A stretch of DNA of 64,000 bases from Lingula anatina (Eukaryota > Animalia > Brachiopoda): positions 434,001 through 498,000 of the forward strand of contig CM120640.1 in NCBI GenBank assembly GCA_051362555.1, given 5' to 3'. Made by a program: the position numbers and the translations under genes. Below the pieces are notes generated by a model. The model was not told where the DNA came from and made no database searches. It was given only the letters and a program-made list of their open reading frames with translations. Each line of letters begins with the position of its first letter. Within the stretch, counting starts at the first letter, position 1. Shown here piece by piece: positions 58,926-64,000 of the stretch.

Positions 58926-61451
58926 GACATGAGTATATTTATTATTAGTATATTAGATATAAGTATATTTTGTCATGTGTCACGTTTTGAGCTACTATTT
59001 CAGGATAAACCTCCAAACCCTTTACGAAATACCATCATCTATCGCTTCCCCGACCAGTCTATAATGAATTCCCTTTTTACATTTGGCAGAGACTCTGAAT
59101 CCGTTTATCCTACCTCTTGGATTACTGATTTATTTTAAAGTTTGGTGTGCTTTTTCTAAAAATTCGAAACTTAAAGTAAAGCATACCAGAATTAGAAAAG
59201 CATCGGGAGAGTGCAGATGATTAATCATTAATTAATGAACGGTCATCACCAAAATATCCCGATTCTGACTTTTTCTAAAAATTCTATCGAAATCCACCCA
59301 CAACCTTTTAGTAAGGATGGAGACGAACAAACAAACAAACAAACAGGCAAAAAAAAAAGTGGTTGAAAATCTTCTTTCCAGAGGTTATGGACGAAAGACG
59401 AAGTCATGAATTCATATTGCTTAAGGTTGCCTGAAAATTGTTTTATTGTTTCATATCTCCAGTTCCATATTATCATATACATATATGTATATATCGGGTG
59501 ATTGAAAACAAAAACACTAGCTTCCCACTTTTAACATAAAAATATGGATTTATCTGAACTCAATTCAATTTATATCTTGCTGCTACCAGTATTTGGTGGA
59601 GAATATTGAGTATCATTATCTACGGTCTCTAGCAGTTAAAAATTAAGCCTTACCAGCTACATTGTATTAGAATAGCCAGATGTATGCGGAGCTCAGTAGA
59701 AAAATGAGAGTCCAAATGTGCAATTCGGAGTCAGCGGTTTTCGTAAAATTGCGTCAGAATTAAAAAAAAAAACTTGGGCCAATAAATAATAAGCTGATCG
59801 AATAAAATGGTAGCAGTTTAGTCGTTTGGGAAGACGTATCTTGGTCGAGGTCGAGGTAGTATGATAAAAAAGAAGGCAGTCAGTCGGCAAGTAAATGGAT
59901 AAAAACCTATTTATTATCAGCTTTTCTGGGAGATTACATGTGACGTCACGAAATGTTTTCCTCTGGCGCTGGACCCTCATTTTAGTACGGAACTCCACAA
60001 ATACAAGAGGTGTTATAAACGTTAGACTAAGAGGAACATAAAGTTATATTTCGTTAATTTATAACTGTTAATATTTTAGTTATCAATATCTTATATTCGG
60101 TATATTACTATTTTTCCGGTTGCCATAAAGCTGAATAACTGAAAACGTAACACAATGTAACTATTGAAATATCTTAATGAACTTAAATGTTCGTTTAATG
60201 TTACATTCCGAACCCCTCCCCCAAGAAATGGCAATACGTGTGTCAAACATGTTTGGACTTTAAACCAAGCGAGACATTTAATATAAAACAGAACGCAGCG
60301 ACGTGTAAAAACGTAATTTGCCCTTTAAATTTGGTTGTCTTTCTGAAAATCTACCGCCAGAATTTTAAAGTCAACATCTGCTCTGCTACAAACCGATCGT
60401 AGCGGGAGACTAAACTAAGTTTGTATTAATCCACTAACTTATCCACGGGAAGTCAAGGTGACTTACATATACTGATGAAATGGACAAATATTGAAGTCTT
60501 TACATTTTCAAAGCCAAGTCAAATACCAAGCCTCCCATTGCACTGGTTGATAATTGATTCCCAACAGCGTGTGAAATATCACACGCGTCAACGAGTAGCT
60601 TATGTCACTAAAGACACAGGTTTGTGCGATATTATCCGAAGCATTGCAAACCTTCAATATTTTGACTGAGTGGAATCAAGCCGTTGTCTTTGATACAAAC
60701 AAATCATCGGCTTAAAACTATGTGATGTTATAACTGTACTGATACGACACATCTGACGTTACTTACACTGTGAATTTGTGTTTACAAGAACATTAAGGCG
60801 GCAGATGTATAGTATTTTACAACATCAGAAAAATATTAAGTGAACGTTTTGCATCATTTTATATCTTAAACATTTCTATGAGTGAACGTCAGAGCAATGC
60901 GCCAATTATATATATATACATACATACATTGCAGTTAGGAGGAAACAATATACAAGTTTCTGTTCATTAAGTCCCACATTATCATTCATTTTTGCCCCAG
61001 AAATAACGTTTTGGCTAAATTAACATTATTACCAATTAATCCGCCACAAAAAAAGTATATTTGACTGCATAAAAAGCTAGAAATGTACACAAACCGTCTG
61101 CATTAAGTCATACAGACAACTTGCCTTCTCTTTTGACTCCGTTCTCGCGATATAATATTCTAAACATGAATAATTCTCGTTGTCTATAAGTAATAAGTAT
61201 CAAGTGACAAAGTAGCAACAGCCAACGGTTCCAAACGTGCCCAAGGCGGACGCCGTAAGTCTACTGGGGGTAGCAGTGACTCCAAGGACCCCTGAAACAT
61301 GAGACTTGGGGCATACTTTGCGTTCAGTCTCAAGTTGTGGTGAGTTCCTGGGCAATGGTGGTTGGTAGCAGTGGTAGTAGAAACGATAATAGCAGTTGTA
61401 ACAGTAGTGTGGTAGTAGCGTTACTTATATAGCTGTCTGGTACGTTCTCAT

Positions 61452-63197
61452 CTAACGTTCTTCATTTTGGGGTTTGCTGAAAATAAACGGTTACACTTTT
61501 AAGTTTATGCAGCATATATTAAAACACTTTTTCCGGCATTTTAGAAAGCTGCCGTGGCTTGCGTGCTGCTTGGCCTTGTATCGTCCATGTAGAAATATTA
61601 AAGAGAAACGAGACAACAAATAATTAACCGCATTGCTATGCAAACCAGAACGAGCCCGACTTCTGCTTAAACAAGGACTTCGGGTGCGGATCCAGAGATA
61701 TTTTCTGACAATCTTCCAAATTATCTTTGTTGATCCATCCTCTTTTTTTGTCTTCCGACAGAAAAATTAGATGCCCATCAATGTAAACTTCAAAATCTGA
61801 CCGTCTTCCGGAAGACCCATAAGACGGCCTCAATCCACCCCTGTGCCTTATCTGCCAGCGTCTACATAGCCCTGGTTACCTTACTTGATACCCGATTAAA
61901 CTCACCGTTGCGGTTAATTTTTCAGATAATTAATTAATCAATTAATTGTGTCCGTATCTAGTGACAAAATAACCTTTTACTCGCCGGGTGCACTTGAACG
62001 CTACATGCGTCCTTACTAATTTATTGGTGAAAAAAGTAATTAACACTCGATGCCACCACTCTCCTATCTAACACTTTAATAATAACTGTCAATGATGCAG
62101 AATACTGTTTAACTGATACAGAATACTAGTAGAAGTGGTTAATATGCGTTACTGGGAATCCACGCTCCACCGACGCTAGATTCAAATGTACCTTTAAGAC
62201 GGAAAGATGGTGTGGCCATTTAGGTCAAAATTTAGTCCAATCTGATCTAAGATGAATCAGAACTAGTCTCATGAAATAAAACTACAAGAAAGAAATGGTG
62301 ACTGTTTTAGACAAATGGTTTATCGAATTAAGTCGGCTACTACACCTTTATCGTGCACATTCCATTATCAAACTGTTCTGAGAAACTAGTCTCTGCCAAC
62401 CTCAGAATAAACTCTTAAATGACCATTGTTGAAAATCTATTTTGAAAATATCCCAAACGTAACAATAAACAGTATATAAAAAAATAAGCTTCTAATAGGG
62501 GAGACCGGGGCTAGTTGGACCCCGGGGTAAGCTGCCCCCCCCCCATCAAGCCTCTTTAATTAAGTTACTTTAAGATGCTAAATTATTTCATTTGGACTCA
62601 CTGCCGACGCTTTCTTAGCACTATTGGATACGGTCACTTTACAAAATGATGTGATCAATTCTTTTACACCATAGTTAGTTTGCTATAAATTGATGGGGGT
62701 CCAACTTACCCCGGGGTCCAACTAGCCCAGGTCTCCCCTACAATTGTTGATATCTACATTGGAAATATATCGAACCACGGCTCGTTAAATTTTTTTCTCT
62801 CATTAATCAGGATCACACACCTTATGTTTTGTTTCCTAGGAAACATCATGTGTCGTCTTAGTCGAGCGTAGGGACTGAGCCACGGCAAAATGTTCCCATT
62901 GTCCAGGGATGTGATGATTTGGTTCTCTTCTTTGTGGACGATCGTCTGGTCCGCGTCCCCTCCAAATGAGCTGCCCTTTAAGAACGCCTCCTGAAAACGC
63001 TTTCCAAATCGGTTCAGTCTGTTCCGATACACCAGCGGACATGCGCTGGTGAGGCATTCTTCCAGCTGAGCGTTGTTTTCGGTAAATTTGCTACATAGTT
63101 GGTGACACGCCGACATGTGGCATTCCATAAACTGAAGGGACAACAGGGCCAGCGCTGTCCACCAGCTCACACACCTAACATGAAATGATTTTGCCAT
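61452..63197 (-). CDS. Cys-rich RFamide neuropeptide precursor (CCRFamide-like). Exons 63197-62821 and probably 61476-61452
   Basis: Signal-like MAKSFHVRCVSWWTALALLSLQFMECHMS, then ACHQLC-x12-CLTSACPLVYRNRLNRF-GKR. Acceptor tttcag at 63212 and donor ag|gtgtgt at 62820. A phase-2 acceptor ttattttcag at 61477 gives SKPQNEER*. Confidence 0.72.
62498..62738. mobile_element. Tc1/mariner-pogo-type MITE with TA TSD
   Basis: ta|ggggagaccggggctagttggaccccggggtaag ... cttaccccggggtccaactagcccaggtctcccc|ta. Confidence 0.9.
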
Positions 63198-64000
63198 TTC
63201 TCTCACTGGTCCTGAAACTGCAAAACACGCTCTTATAGTAAGAGATCCACAATTCAAAGAAAAGAAATGTCTGGTACTTTTTTAGGAATTCCAATAAGCA
63301 ACATATAAGCAATTCAAGACAAAGAGGAATCCAATGCCATTACCGAAGTAGCACTCCACCATATTGTTAAAGTAAATCACATATCTGTTTCCTAATCTCC
63401 CATTATTTCCTTTCGGGCATACTTCTAAACATATATTATATCGTTCATTGCCTATCAAAAAAGATTGGTTTTTCTAAAGAGGGCCTTAAGCGCAGACTTA
63501 ACCCAAGGTAACTGTAGCCGTACCACCGTCTGGAGTACGTCAGGAAGAGGAATCAATTACTTATAGCCGTAGGTCTTCCTCAACACCGTCCTTCGCCCAA
63601 TAACCACAGATGAAAGATGAAATGATTGGAAAAAAAGACGTGTTTTTAAAATATCGTTTTTCCTTCGTCATGTTTATTTTAATAAAACACGCCCTCACGG
63701 TTTTGTATTAGCACAATTAGACGCCGAACTACATAGTAATGAAACTAATTATCAATCAGTAATGCTCTACTTGTTAAATAATAAAAACTTTAGTTGTACA
63801 TGTATTTCCTTGGCAACAGGAAGGTTGTGTAAGCAGTCCTTAATTGTCTTCTTTCTGATTTATTACAAACCATTGGATAATACTCAAGAACATATTTCTG
63901 CATTAATCCAGCATAAAATATAGAACTTACAGGAAAGAATAATCAAGGGATTTTCGTTGTCTCGTAACTTACATGAAGGCTAAATAACGAGAAACTAAGA

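Noticed and set aside
59225-59360. Helentron/HINE-like fragments (CAAA tetramers; similar hints near 29020-29130, 47370 and 54750-54910)
   Set aside because: Resemblance only; boundaries and hallmark hairpins could not be defined by eye.
62754-62820. C-terminal tail CVILINERKKFNEPWFDIFPM of the 167-aa ORF
   Set aside because: Probably intron read-through past the ag|gtgtgt donor; a phase-compatible terminal exon exists at 61476.

Overview
Intron-rich, AT-rich animal genomic DNA. It is most likely a lophotrochozoan, probably a mollusc, judging by a myomodulin-type neuropeptide precursor. In order: (1) the 3' part of a ZSWIM4/5/6-like gene (+, 1..6523), with a 75-bp tandem repeat that multiplies an exon end and its splice donor. 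(2) A long-TIR non-autonomous DNA transposon (8601..18355) carrying a very young, intact BEL/Pao LTR retrotransposon (11104..18169). (3) EIF2B3 (-, 18952..23382), with a candidate duplicated mutually exclusive exon. (4) A divergent ankyrin-repeat/SOCS-box gene (+). (5) Two truncated LINEs and several MITEs. (6) A myomodulin/PRXamide (MMG2-like) neuropeptide precursor (-, 36864..44727). (7) A Cys-rich RFamide (CCRFamide-like) precursor (-, about 61452..63197). The most notable signal is that the BEL element has no tRNA primer-binding site. The 16 nt abutting its 5' LTR are instead complementary to the predicted 5' end of its own RNA, in the polarity and register needed to self-prime reverse transcription. 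Exon coordinates were read by eye and family calls rest on motif recognition; no database searches were run.
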